DNA of 64,000 nucleotides from Octopus vulgaris. Its lineage: Eukaryota. The translations under genes were made by a program, and so were the position numbers. The DNA is taken from contig OX597827.1 of the NCBI GenBank assembly GCA_951406725.2, forward strand, positions 80,166,001-80,230,000. The letters are read 5' to 3'. Within the stretch, counting starts at the first letter, position 1, and every line of letters begins with the position of its first letter. Below the pieces are notes generated by a model. The model was not told the DNA's origin, did no database searches, and saw only the letters and a program-made list of their open reading frames with translations. This document shows positions 12,776-25,695 of the stretch, piece after piece.

Positions 12776-13424
12776 TTCTGATCTTGTCCAGGAAAACGGT
12801 GGTTTGTAAAATTAAACCTGAAACAAAAAATATGTATCTCATATCAATAAGAAATGTATGGATTTGCAAACCAAGTTTCTTTTCTTTATTTCATTCATAA
12901 AAATATTTTCAATGAAGAACAGCAATGCTACTCTTCTTAATATCATGTACAAGTGGACAAGAATTATATGACCAATTCTTAGCAAACTTAATTATGTATA
13001 TTAAGATTCAATGATTCATAGAATTTCTGAAGACTTAAAGAGTAAAAGTGGCACTTATATCCAGATAAGTACTCTCAAACAAATATTAATCTGCCTAATT
13101 TTGAAGTAAATTAACTAAAGATGAGAAACGTGAATTGTGGGCAAGATCATAATTAATATTTTGACTCTCATTTTACGATGGAATCTAACTTCGCATCAAT
13201 ATTTTTACAGGTCAAAATACAAATATTTTATGGAACTTTGAGTTATTTCCCTTAAATATGACAAACAATTTTAAGTCGAGCAATTATCAATGAAAATATG
13301 CTTAGTTATGTACTTCACGTACGCACAGGTGTGTGTGTGTGTGTGTTTATGTGTGTGTGTGTGTGCTTGTGTGGGTGCTTGTGTATATATACATTTGTGA
13401 TAATGCTATATATATATATATATA

Positions 13425-13862
13425 AAAAGCAATAAAGATTCAAGTTAATTTAAATGAATTTACTTGAATATGGTACCTAACTTGGATGCACCAAAAAAAA
13501 CTATACTGATTTAACAATACAGTAATGTGGGGTGATTATAAGCGAGAATGAAGCAACAAGAATGGATAGGTTTTTAGTACAATCGTTTCATACAAGGACA
13601 GGTTTTATTAAAAGTTGCAAAAATTACAGCATATAAACGTGTCCCGTACTCATCAGCTAAAATACATGTGAGTTCTCTAGACATCCTAGTGGTTGAGGCT
13701 ATACTCATGAGGTAATGTAGATAATTAAGTAACATAAACAGATTTCAAAAGTTCATTAAAGTTCTTTAAAGATGATGTACAGTCTTATCACAGAATTTTA
13801 AAAAAGTCTTAATAGCATCACAGAGGAGGTGACCTAATCCATAGTGCACATATGAATTTCCA
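13425..13862 (-). mobile_element. Penelope-like retroelement fragment inserted in G2 intron 1
   Basis: ~440-bp segment absent from the otherwise near-identical G3 intron 1. Sits in a TA run and contains a minimal type I hammerhead motif characteristic of Penelope-like elements. Confidence 0.6.
13572..13662 (-). ncRNA. Minimal type I hammerhead ribozyme motif
   Basis: Minus strand: UUUUAG-CUGAUGA-GUACGGGACA...UGUCCUUGUAU-GAAA-C-GAUU-GUA-CUAAAA. Stem I UUUUAG/CUAAAA pairs perfectly, stem II pairs, and the conserved core boxes are intact. Confidence 0.75.
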
Positions 13863-14779
13863 TATAAATATATACAAAGCATTATCAAAATGTATTAACC
13901 AGTTTCAGAAAGTGCAATAATTATATATTCATGAATTTTAAAAAATACACGTGAAATCGGACAATGAAGTTTCTAAGATTATTAAATAGTAATGATATAC
14001 CACCTGGTGGTTAGTTATTGATCAGTTTAAGATACTAAGCCAAATCGCTTTAACTCAACTCCAAGAAATAATTCCTGTCAATAGCACTAAATTCTAAAGA
14101 AATTATAAACAAAAGAATTCTATAACATAATACTGTCCATTACTTGACTCATCTATTAAAGAAAAAAGTCTTCATACAAATTAGACCAGAAGTAAAGAAA
14201 ACGTTCGTTTAGTAAGGTGAGTAAGACTTAGCTGATTACTTTAAACTTGATAGGTATGAGAGAATGGCATATACCTGTTTAAACGTCAAACTAATAATTT
14301 TAAATAAAGCCACCTAATGTAAATCTGACAATAATTAAATAATCAACAGATTTACAGTTAATTGTGTCCTATAACTGAAAATGAAATAAAATTATGTAGA
14401 AAAAATCTAATATAAATACTTAATGAATGTATCTGTAATTAATTATTCTGAAATATGCATCAAACATTTGGAGACAACCTTTTTAGCGATCTGCAGGTGA
14501 ATGTTTGTTATCTGTAATAGACTAAATTATTTTTGTGTAAATCTATGTCAGCACTTCTTGAGCAAAATTATGATCAAAGCATTCCAACCATGACCATCCC
14601 ATAATTTTTCATATAATGGTACATTACCATCATAAAAAAAACAATCAACAGATAAAGATTCACACTGGAACAGATAACAAGGAATAATTACCAAATCAAT
14701 ACTCTTCATGTAGTTTTAATACCAGGTATTCCTAATGAATTTACTAAATTAACAAATTTTGATTAAAACAAGGTATAAG

Positions 14780-15185
14780 CTTGGTTGTATGATTAAGAAG
14801 TTTGCTTCCCAATCACATGGGTTTGGGTTCAGTCCCACTGCACGGCATCTTAGACAAGTGTCTTCTACTATAGCTCCAGTCTGACCAAATGCTTGCAAAT
14901 GGATTTGATGGACAGAAACTGAATGAAAGAAACCCATTGTGTGTGTGTATGTGTATGTGTCTTTCCCTCTCTTTGTAAAAAAGTGACACAGTTATACAAG
15001 CAGAGAGGTTCTTTCCAATCATCTATTAAAACATGTCTGGCCAACAGTAAATATTACCTTATTTGGAAATAGGTGAGGTTTGGCAACAGGAAGGGCAGTA
15101 GTCCATAGAAAATCTGACTCAATAAACATTTTCTGACCCATACAAACATGGAAAAGTGAATGTTAATAAAAACATGATGACAATG
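14780..15185 (+). mobile_element. Octopus-type tRNA-derived SINE with RTE-like tail
   Basis: aagaagtttgcttcccaatcacatgg...GGTTCAGTCCC (B box)...caagtgtcttctactatagc...(TG)n...ggcaacaggaagggc...atgatga. Paralogous copy at 23.0-23.4 kb. Confidence 0.75.
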
Positions 15186-15545
15186 ATCAAAGAACATACT
15201 AGAAAATGTTGGAAACACTTCTGGGTTATTACTGAAAACATATTAAGTATGTAAACTAAAAACAATCATTTACTGATCAACATTGGCCATATTTGTACAT
15301 TGAATTTGTTAAACACATTTCATAGACAACCAATATGAAATATTACATCATGAATACTGTTCAGTGACTGAACAAAGGAAGTGAATACAAAACTATACTC
15401 ATCAATAACTCACACAAAGCAATGAACATTTGCATCCACCCAAGACTAAACACACACACACACACACACACACACAATATACTATCACAAAAATGATAAT
15501 GGTTTCTAACTAAAATTTCTTATATGAACATGAATTGCAGTGAAA

Positions 15546-15590
<45 letters not shown>

Positions 15591-15828
15591 AAAGGCAGTC
15601 CCTTCTATATATGTAGGATGTTCTAAAGCCATACAATGTCTGAGTGATAGATGAAGTAAAAATGAAATAAAAAAGGCAGACAAGATAAACAGTGTGAAAA
15701 CACAAAAGATAAGAGAATATGCTTTGAGCAAAATGCTAGTGACTAGGATTGAACACACTCACTTCACTCTCTGTTTTTCACAATCTTTTCCATAACCAAC
15801 TCATAAAGACATTAAATGAGAACAAACA

Positions 15829-16450
15829 GATCTAATATGGCCACCATTAGAACGTTACATTTTGATAATGTATTATGGTTATATATGAAATCATTATTAC
15901 ACACAAGTGGATAAATAATATGGAATAACAAACTTACCTTCATTGTGTGTAAAATCCTTTGTTGTATAAAGTGTGACTTGGTCCCAATGTTCTGTTGTTA
16001 ATGGTTGTCTGTGTCACTGCTGCTATGGTGTGACAATGGCTTCATGTTGATGGAATAGTGTTGGTGGTGAGTCAGTGGGAACCAGCAGTTCCCTCTCAAG
16101 TCTTCCTTTGTGGATGTGTGGTGTTTAGTGAGTGTGTGCATGGGTGTGAGTGAGAGACAGAGAGAGGAGGAGAGATGGGTGATGCTCACTCCAGCCTCAC
16201 TCAGACTTGATGTGTTTTCCCTCACAATGAAAAGAGAGGGACAACAAACTATCAGCTCCACTAACAGTCAGCCATGATAAGTCTATATAACACCAACATG
16301 TCTGATGTAGAGAGAGACTGACATAGAAATCCTTAGAACAGAGAGGTTATATTAACTAAATATGGCTGATGTTGTTAATGTGTGTGTAATTTAAAATGTA
16401 AATATAACATTGATAATAACAGTTAGTGTCTGTCTGACCTAGTTCTAAAT
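15829..16450 (-). promoter_or_regulatory. Conserved promoter/first-exon block of G2 (exon ends 15938)
   Basis: Near-identical to the other five blocks; ATG-AAG|gtaagt donor. Confidence 0.75.
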
Positions 16451-16840
16451 TAATTCTCCTATTTAGAATGTAAAATGGAGAAATCAAAACTGTGAAATAA
16501 AGTATTATTCCTAAAATGTAATATAATCATTTTACTACTCAAATATATGTTATACAATTGTCTTATATTTGTTGCTTAAAATATTTTCAATTTTAAATTG
16601 TATTTCAAAAGTAAAAATGTCAATCTATAATTTCTTAGTCATTCCTTTATCTTTAGTTTACCTAACAGAGCTATAAATTTATTCCTCTTACCTAAGCTGT
16701 AAAATTATTGTCCGAAACACATACAAAGATATTCAGTCGTATGTAGGCAGTATTATTAACTAATTTGTTTTTGTTGTTTTAAATGTTGTGTGAATGTTGA
16801 AGGTGATATTATTTCTGTTGTGTTCCTTTCTCAGTCTCAC

Positions 16841-16962
16841 TTAACTGACAACAACATCTGGTGTTGAAGGTAACTGTCTCTCTGGAGGTTTCACATATCT
16901 GTCTTGGTAATGGTCTCTCTCACTGGTGCTTGATACATCGGGTGGGGCACCACCATAGATTC
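16841..16962 (-). CDS. Pcdh: Protocadherin G3 terminal coding exon
   Basis: tgtttcag acceptor; (G)IYGGAPP...RQLPSTPDVVVS*. Confidence 0.88.
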
Positions 16963-17301
16963 CTGAAACATATATATCAATGGGTATTCAACGAATGACT
17001 TTAGTCAACAGTTCCTTCTTTTATATTAAGTGCTCTACAAAATAACTATTATGAAGGGATTAATACCTCACTATACGATTAGACCTATACAATCTTGAGC
17101 ATATTACGTGACAATTAACTAATAAATAAAAAGAGATTTACTCTTTTAATTTATAAATTTAATTCATAGTGATAAAACTATTAGAAATAACATTTTGGAA
17201 GTCCTCAAAATCCTAGTGTTTGTTTAGACTTCAATCCCAGAGAGATCAATGGGATAAATGATAAACACACCAAATAACATAGGTAAATGTGAATGTTTTA
17301 C

Positions 17302-17455
17302 CTGCCATTGCTGGTATTTCTTCATACTGTCTGCTTGACCGCTCACTCCAGCACTGTCCACTGCTCTTACGACTGGCCAGTGTGTCAGTGGGATAGTGAG
17401 AAGATGGTCTGTTGTCTCCATAAGATGTCACCTCAATCGGTTGACTGTATTTCTG
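17302..17455 (-). CDS. Pcdh: Protocadherin G3 cytoplasmic exon (154 nt)
   Basis: aacag|CAG...GCAG|gtaaaa; matches ORF-track peptide TSYGDNRPSS...YEEIPAMAG. Confidence 0.9.
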
Positions 17456-19054
17456 CTGTTAGAGAAAACAAAAAACAACAATGACTTGATTTGTCCAAGA
17501 AAAACATTTGGAAATTCTGGATGCTTACTGTTTTGGGGTGTAAAGGTTAGGGTCTGTAGTTAGTGTGAGATATGGGAGAGGAGACCACAGTGGTAAGAGA
17601 AGAAGAAATGGGAAGGAACATCTCAGACGCAGAGGTTAGTGCATTGCTTAGTGAGTCTTCACTGATCACTGAAAGAAAAATTGTTTGAAAATTTTTCAAG
17701 TCAACACTAACATGCAGAAGGTAGCTCAGAGATTTTAGATAATTATAACTACACATCTATTGAAGAGAAGAAATCAGTACCATGATGATAAATTATTGCC
17801 AAGAAAGAAGGATACCTCATGAAATATTAACTATTTAACATTAATTAAAAATCAAGGATGTTTGTGTGTGAAGTAGATGTGATCACATTTCAGCTTTATA
17901 GAAGGTCAAGGCAGGTGAGATCATTAGATTCGAGGAATTTGATAAAAACTTCACACAAACACAACTCAAGAAGCTTCTATTCAACCTAAAACACTCACAA
18001 AATATTCTTTGTTTCCTTACAAGTAGTAGTAGTCTTAGATCCATTATTTTTAGAAAAAGGACAGGATAGCCACAATCTATAAATTCACGTTTCCAGTTAC
18101 GTTGCATCTCCATATATTGATGAACCATATCACTTTGACTCTGCTTTTCTACCTTCACTTACAGAGGCCTCGAATCTCAGAGGTCCCGCCCTGGGCGACT
18201 GAGCTTACTCATCTCTTCTCCTCTAGTCAATCATATTGCCAGCCTTTCTGTACCCTACAACAACCACTTAATCTTTCTGCCTCAGAACATCTTCCCCACT
18301 GAAATTCACTCTATTCCCATACTTCTCCAGCTGTTTTATACCAGTAATTACTCAAGAGAATATGCCACATTAACCTCAATTGTAACGGTCAAGGATACAG
18401 GCCCCACATCTGGACCAAACCCTTATGGAACAGAAAAAAAAACTTGTATATTTATATGCTAGTGTAATGATTTATTTAAATATTGAATGTTGTTACAGTC
18501 AAATAATAATAAAATATCGCAGACATTTGGTGTAGATGAGCAACATAACATACCAGAAATAACAATTTCTACTCTCAACTCATAATTCTAAAAGACTATG
18601 AAATAAACTAAAACTAAATTCTGAATTAGAAGCAGCTCGAATACTATAAACATAATTCAGGTCACAAACTTAATAAATGTGTTTTGTTTGAAGAGTTACA
18701 AGTCACAGGATTTCATCTATTGAAAGTTTCTTTAAGGCATACGTTGAAGAACACTGAATACTTCAAAACCAAACAAAACAGATGAAATACACAATTGATA
18801 ATGTTATACAAACATTGTTGGATAATAATTATGGAAATAATATCTAAATCTATATTTATGAAAATATAAAGATTACACTAAAAGTATAAATGAAGTTGTT
18901 CTCCAGAGGAGATTTAAGAGAATACCGAAATAGAAGATTAATACATATTTTCATGCTTTTTGGCAAACTTCAATTCACTGTCGATGTCTTCTATTCAAAT
19001 AATTCTTAATTAAACATTAATTACTAACAAACACTCAATCCAAATAAAGCTTAC

Positions 19055-21415
19055 CTTTGTAGACTTCTGAAGTGTCCGACTCATTGTTGACGTCTTCCAA
19101 TCTTCAGGATAGTAATGGCTTCTCGAATGACCATATCTGTCTGACATCTCTCCTCGATTACCTGACATCACAGGTACACTGTTGTTACCTTGATAGATCA
19201 ACTGTCTCATCTCATTGCGACATTGGTATGCCTGTTTCTCTTCTGCTGTTCTTTCAGATGAGCTATTTCTCACATTATTACATCTCACAATACACAGGGT
19301 TATAGAAACCACAATAGCTATAGATACTATCACAGCTGCTACTACAATGATAATCAACAATGTTGCATCTATTGTGTTATCACTTGGTAGGTGCACAGCT
19401 GTGAACATTGGTGACGTCTTGTTACTAACAGTCAGTGTCAAAGACACACTAGTTGTTGCTGACAGAACTGGAGTACCACTGTCTTTCACAACAAACTCAA
19501 GCTCATATGATCCGGCATCATTTTGGTAAACTGTGCGAGAGTAAGATAACACACCAGTGAACGAGTCCAGTTTAAATAACTGTCTCTCGTTACCTGAAAC
19601 GATTTCATACCTGAGAAAAGCATTCATGTGACTGTCTATATCAGATGCTTTCAGAACTGTGATGTCGTTCTTACTTTGCGGATGATAGTGGACATTAAGA
19701 GTGAAAGGGTCAACACTAGGAAATGTAAAATATGGAGCATTATCATTTCTATCCAATACTTCCACTTCAACATTCACTGTGTTATTCAGAGATGGGCTTC
19801 CATTGTCTTTCACAAAAACCTCAAACTCATAGAAATCTCTGTGTTCTCTGTCTAAAGACTGGTTTGTTGAAATAAAGCCAGAGTTGATAATCTGGAATGG
19901 CAGACGATATTGCTGTTTATTTCTCAGAGAATAAGACAATTCACCTCCCTTACCAATATCTGGGTCTGTAGCATTGATAAAGCCAATAGGGAAATTAGCT
20001 TTGTCATTCTCATAGGTAAGGAACTTGAATGTGTCTTTCGTAAAGTGTGGTTCTACATCATTCACATCCAACACTTGGATTGACAGATCTTTATCAGTTT
20101 TCAGAGCAGGTAATCCTTTATCTTCACACGACACAGTAAAGTGATAATGTTCCTGTGTCTCTCTGTCTACTGCTTTCTTTAGAACTATTTTATATTCCTT
20201 CGATCCCATTGATTGTAGTTTGAATGTGTCATCTTTGATATGACAGTTCACCTGTCCATTGTGTCCAACATCATTGTCAGTGACCATCACATAAGCAATG
20301 AAACTACCAACTTTGATGTCTTCCAGAATGGTGGCTGTGTTGTGATTCTGTGTAGAAATAAAGTTCACATCAATATTTGGGGGATTGTTGTGTTGGTTGA
20401 TGACATTTACCATAACGGTTGCTATGGAACTCAGAGGAGGAATTCCATTATCTTTAGCTTCAATATATAATTTTAAAGAATTTTTGGTGTCAACCTCTAA
20501 AGATTTTATTAAGAATATTTTCCCAGAGTTTTCATCAATATTAAAATACTGTTTCATTTGCATATCAGTCTTCGGACTGAAATAGAAAGATATTTTACCA
20601 TTCCTGCCAATATCTAAATCACTGGCAGATAATGTGACTACTGGAATATTCTTTTTATGTTTATGTTCTATAGAGACATTGTAGATACTTTGAGAAAACT
20701 GTGGTCTGTTGTCATTTTCGTCTTTTACAGATATTTTAACATTTAACACAGATTGTTTTGGTGGAGTTCCCCCATCTTTAGCAATGACTTCAACATTGTA
20801 ACTGTCTTTCGTTTCTCTGTCTAATTTCTTTTCTAAAATAATTTCTATTGATGATATTCCATCTGCACGTTTGACAACATGTAAAGAAAAGTGGCTTCTA
20901 TCATCTTTTCTCAGTTCATATGTAATTAAACTATTTTTATTACCCATATCTTTATCAACAGCATTGGGTATTGATAGTTTTGATCCTTTACTATCTCTCT
21001 CTGAAAACTGAATGTTGACTTCTTCAGTTGGAAACTCAGGTTGGTGGTCATTGATGTCTTCTATTATGACTTTAATCTTTAAGATCTTCATAAATGTCTT
21101 CGATTTGTGAACAGCAACTTTAACGATTTCAAAACATTCTTTCTCATAACTACACACAGACTCAGCATCCAATGTCTCAACAGTGTACAGTTTACCTGTT
21201 CTCGTCACATTGAACAATTGTTCTCCCTTTTGTTGGAGTTGACTAAATGTAATCAAATCCTTATTCTTTAAGAAGGAGCTGTCTGATTTCTGTAAGTCAG
21301 TAGCAATGTCCCCTACATAGGTATGAGGAATATTCTCTTCTTTAACATGGTATGTGATATCTTCACTTAAATAACAGTGGAAGAAAGTCAGTAAAACACA
21401 GAGAAACAGCAACAT
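19055..21415 (-). CDS. Pcdh: Protocadherin G3 large exon
   Basis: 801-aa ORF with six cadherin repeats and TM. Donor AAG|gtaagc at 19055; acceptor before 21471. Confidence 0.97.
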
Positions 21416-21997
21416 TCCTGATCTTGATATTAACGCAGTATCCAGAAGAAAGATGGTTTATAACATTAAACCTGAAACAAAAAATATGTATCTCATATCA
21501 ATAAGAAATGTATGGATTTGCAAACCAAGTTTGTTTTCTATATTTTATTCATAAAAATATTTTCAATGAAGAACAGCAATGCTACTCTTCTTAATATCAT
21601 GTACAAGTGGACAAGAATTATATGACCAATTCTTAGCAAACTTAATTATGTATATTAAGATTCAATGATTCATAGAATTTCTGAAGACTTAAAGAGTAAA
21701 AGTGGCACTTATATCCAGATAAGTACTCTCAAACAAATATTAATCTGCCTAATTTTGAAGTAAATTAATTAAAGATGAGAAACGTGAATTGTGGGCAAGA
21801 TCATAATTGATATTTTGACTCTCATTTTACGATGGAATCTAACTTCGCATCAATATTTTTACAGGTCAAAATACAAATATTTTATGGAACTTTGAGTTAT
21901 TTCCCTTAAATATGACAAACAATTTTAAGTCGAGCAATTATCAATGAAAATATGCTTAGTTATGTACTTTACGTACGCACAGGTGTGTGTGTGCTTG

Positions 21998-22043
<46 letters not shown>

Positions 22044-22046
<3 letters not shown>

Positions 22047-22137
22047 CACTTTCTGAATCTGGTTAATACATTTGTGATAATGGTGTATATATATAAAAAA
22101 CATTATCAAAATGTATTAACCAGTTTCAGAAAATGCT
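22044..22137. repeat. Near-perfect hairpin/inverted repeat (~38-bp arms)
   Basis: ttgcactttctgaatctggttaatacatttgtgataatg is the reverse complement (few mismatches) of cattatcaaaatgtattaaccagtttcagaaaatgc, around an 18-nt TA-rich loop. Confidence 0.85.
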
Positions 22138-22994
22138 ATAATTTTATATTCATGAATTTAAAAAAATACACGTGAAATCAGACAATGAAGTTTCTAAGAT
22201 TATTAAATAGTAATGATATACTACCTGGTGATTAGTTATTGATCAGTTTAAGATACTAAGCCAAATCACTTTAACTCAACTCCAAGAAATAATTCTTGTC
22301 AATAGCACTAAATTCTAAAGAAATTATAAACAAAATAATTCTATAACATAATACTGTCCATTACTTGACTCATCTGTTTATTGAAGAAAAAAGTCTTCAT
22401 ACAAATTAGACCAGAAGTAATGAAAACATTCATATAGCAGGTTAGCTGATTACTTTAAACTTAATAATTATGAAAGAATGGCGCTTAGCCGTTTAAACGT
22501 CAAACTAATAATTTTAAATAAAGCCATCTAATGTAAATCTGACAATAATTAAATAATCAACAGATATACAGTTAATTGTGTCCTATAACTGAAAATGAAA
22601 TAAAATTATGTAGAAAAAATCTAATATAAATACTTAATGAATGCATCTGTAATTAATTATTCTGAAATATGCATCAAACATTTGGAGACAACCTTTTTAG
22701 CGATCTGCAGGTGAATGTTTGTTATCTGTGATAGACTAAATTATTTTTGTGTAAATCTATGTCAGCACTTCTTGAGCAAAATTATGATCAAAGCATTCCA
22801 ACCATGACCATCCCATAATTTTTCATATAATGGTACATTACCATCATAAGAAAAACAATCAACAGATAAAGATTCACACTGGAACAGATAACAAGGAATA
22901 ATTACCAAATCAATACTCTTCATGCAGTTTTAATACCAGGTATTCCTAATGAATTTACTAAATTAACAAATTTTGATTAAAACAAGGTATAAGT

Positions 22995-23405
22995 TTGGTT
23001 GTGTGATTAAGAAGTTTGCTTCCCAATCACATGGGTTTGGGTTCAGTCCCACTGCACGGCATCTTAGACAAGTGTCTTCTATTATAGCTCCAGTCTGACA
23101 AAATGCTTGCAAATGGATTTAGTAGATAGAAACTGAATGAAAGAAACCCATCGTGTGTGTAAGTGTCTCTCCCTCTCTTCGTATTACGTGACAGTTGTAA
23201 AAGAGTGACACTATTATACAAGCAGTGAGGTTCTTTCCAATCATCAATTAAAACATGTCTGGCCAACAGTAAATATTACCTTATTTGGAAATAGGTGAGG
23301 TTTGGCAACAGGAAGGGCAGTAGTCCATAGAAAATCTGACTCAATAAACATTTTCTGACCCATACAAACATGGAAAAGTGAATGTTAATAAAAACATGAT
23401 GACAA
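22995..23405 (+). mobile_element. Octopus-type SINE (paralogous to 14780-15185)
   Basis: Same sequence in the same intronic context; duplicated with the gene unit. Confidence 0.75.
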
Positions 23406-23765
23406 TGATCAAAGAACATACTAGAAAATGTTGGAAACACTTCTGGGTTATTACTGAAAACATATTAAGTATGTAAACTAAAAACAATCATTTACTGATC
23501 AACATTGGCCATATTTGTACATTGAATTTGTTAAACACATTTCATAGACAACCAATATGAAAGATTACATCATGAATACTGTTCAGTGACTGAACAAAGG
23601 AAGTGAATACAAAACTATACTCATCAATAACTCACACAAAGCAATGAACATTTGCATCCACCCAAGACTAAACACACACACAATATACTATCACAAAAGT
23701 AATAATGGTTTTTAACTAATATTCTTTTTCTTAATTAAAATTTCTTATATGAACATGAATTGCAA

Positions 23766-23825
<60 letters not shown>

Positions 23826-24057
23826 GCAGTCCCTTCTATATATGTAGGATGTTCTAAAGCCATACAATGTCTGAGTGATAGATGAAGTAAAAATGAAATA
23901 AAAAAGGCAGACAAGATAAAAAGTGTGAAAACACAAAAGATAAGAGAATATGCTTTGAGCAGAATGCTAGTGACTAGGATTGAACACACTCACTTCACTC
24001 TTTGTTTTTCACAATCTTTTCCATAACCAACTCATAAAGACATTAAATGAGAACAAA

Positions 24058-24685
24058 CAGATCTAATATGGCCACCATTAGAACGTTACATTTTGATAAT
24101 ATAATATGGTTATATATGAAATCATTATTTCACATAATTTGAATAAATAATATGGAATAACAAACTTACCTTCATTGTGTGTAAAATCCTTTGTTGTATA
24201 AACTGTGACTTGGTCCCAATGTTCTGTTGTTAATGGTTGTCTGTGTCACTGCTGCTATGGTGTGACAATGGCTTCATGTTGATGGAATAGTGTTGGTGGT
24301 GAGTCAGTGGGAACCAGCAGTTCCCTCTCAGTCTTCCTTTGTGGATGTGTAGTGTTTAGTGAGTGTGTGCATGGGTGTGAGTGAGAGACAGAGAGAGGAG
24401 AGATGGGTGATGCTTACTCCAGCCTCACTCAGACTTGATGTGTTTTCCCTCACAATGAAAAGTGAGGGACAACAAACTATCAGCTCCACTAACAGTCAGC
24501 CATGATAAGTCTATATAACACCAACATGTCTGATGTGGAGAGAGACTGACATAGAAATACTTAGAACAGAGAGGTTATATTAACTAAATATGGCTGATGT
24601 TGTTAATGTGTGTGTAATTTAAAATGTAAATACAATATTGACAATAAGAGTTAGTGTGTGTGTGTGTGTCTGACCTAATTCTAAA
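24058..24685 (-). promoter_or_regulatory. Conserved promoter/first-exon block of G3 (exon ends 24170)
   Basis: Near-identical block; ATG-AAG|gtaagt. Confidence 0.75.
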
Positions 24686-25080
24686 TTAATTCTCCCATTT
24701 AGAATGTAAAATGGAGAAATCAAAACTGTGAAATAAAGTATTATTTCTAAAATGTAATATAATCATTTTACTACTCAAATATATGTTATACAATTGTCTT
24801 ATATATGTTGCTTAAAATATTTTCAATTTTAAATTGTATTTCACAAGTAAAAATGTCAATCTATAATTTCTTAGTCATTCCTTTATCTTTAGTTTACCTA
24901 ACAGAGCTATAAATTTATTCCTCTTACCTAAGCTGTAAAATTATTGTCTGAAACACATACAAAGATATTCAGTCATATGTGGGCAATATCATTGTCTAGC
25001 TAATATATTTGTGTTGTTTTAAATGTTGTGTGAATGTTGAAGGTGATATTATTTCTGTTGTGTTCCTTTCTCAGTCTCAC

Positions 25081-25202
25081 TTAACTGACAACAACATCTG
25101 GTGTTGAAGGTAACTGTCTCTCTGGAGGTTTCACATATCTGTCTTGGTAATGGTCTCTCTCACTGGTGCTTGATACATCGGGTGGGGCACCACCATAGAT
25201 TC
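25081..25202 (-). CDS. Pcdh: Protocadherin G4 terminal coding exon
   Basis: Intact copy, ends DVVVS*. Confidence 0.82.
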
Positions 25203-25541
25203 CTGAAACATATATATCAATGGGTATTCAACGATTGACTTTAGTCAACAGTTCCTTCTTTTATATTAAGTGCTCTACAAAATAACTATTATAAAGAGAT
25301 TAATACCTCACTATACGATTAGACCTATACAATCTTGAGCATATTACGTGACAATTAACTAATAAATAAAAATAGATTTACACTTTTAATTTATAAATTT
25401 AATTCATAGTGATAAAACTATTAGAAATAACATTTTCGAAGTCCTCAAAATCCTAGTGTTTGTTTAGACTTCACTCCCAGATATATCAATGGGATAAATG
25501 ATAAACACACCAAATAACATAGGTAAATGTGAATGTTTTAC

Positions 25542-25695
25542 CTGACATTGCTGGTATTTCTTCATACTGTCTGCTTGACCGCTCACTCCAGCACTGTCCA
25601 CTGCTCTTACGACTGGTCAATGTGTCAGTGGGATAGTTAGAAGATGGTCTGTTGTCTCCATAAGATGTTACTTCAATGGGTTGACTGTATTTCTG
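25542..25695 (-). CDS. Pcdh: Protocadherin G4 cytoplasmic exon (154 nt)
   Basis: Intact splice sites and open frame. Confidence 0.82.

Noticed and set aside
15998-16261. 87-aa ORF MELIVCCPSL... inside the conserved promoter block (also 40086-40349)
   Set aside because: It starts at GTG and is broken by 1-bp or larger indels in other copies (ctctcaagtc vs ctctcagtc), so it is not under coding constraint.
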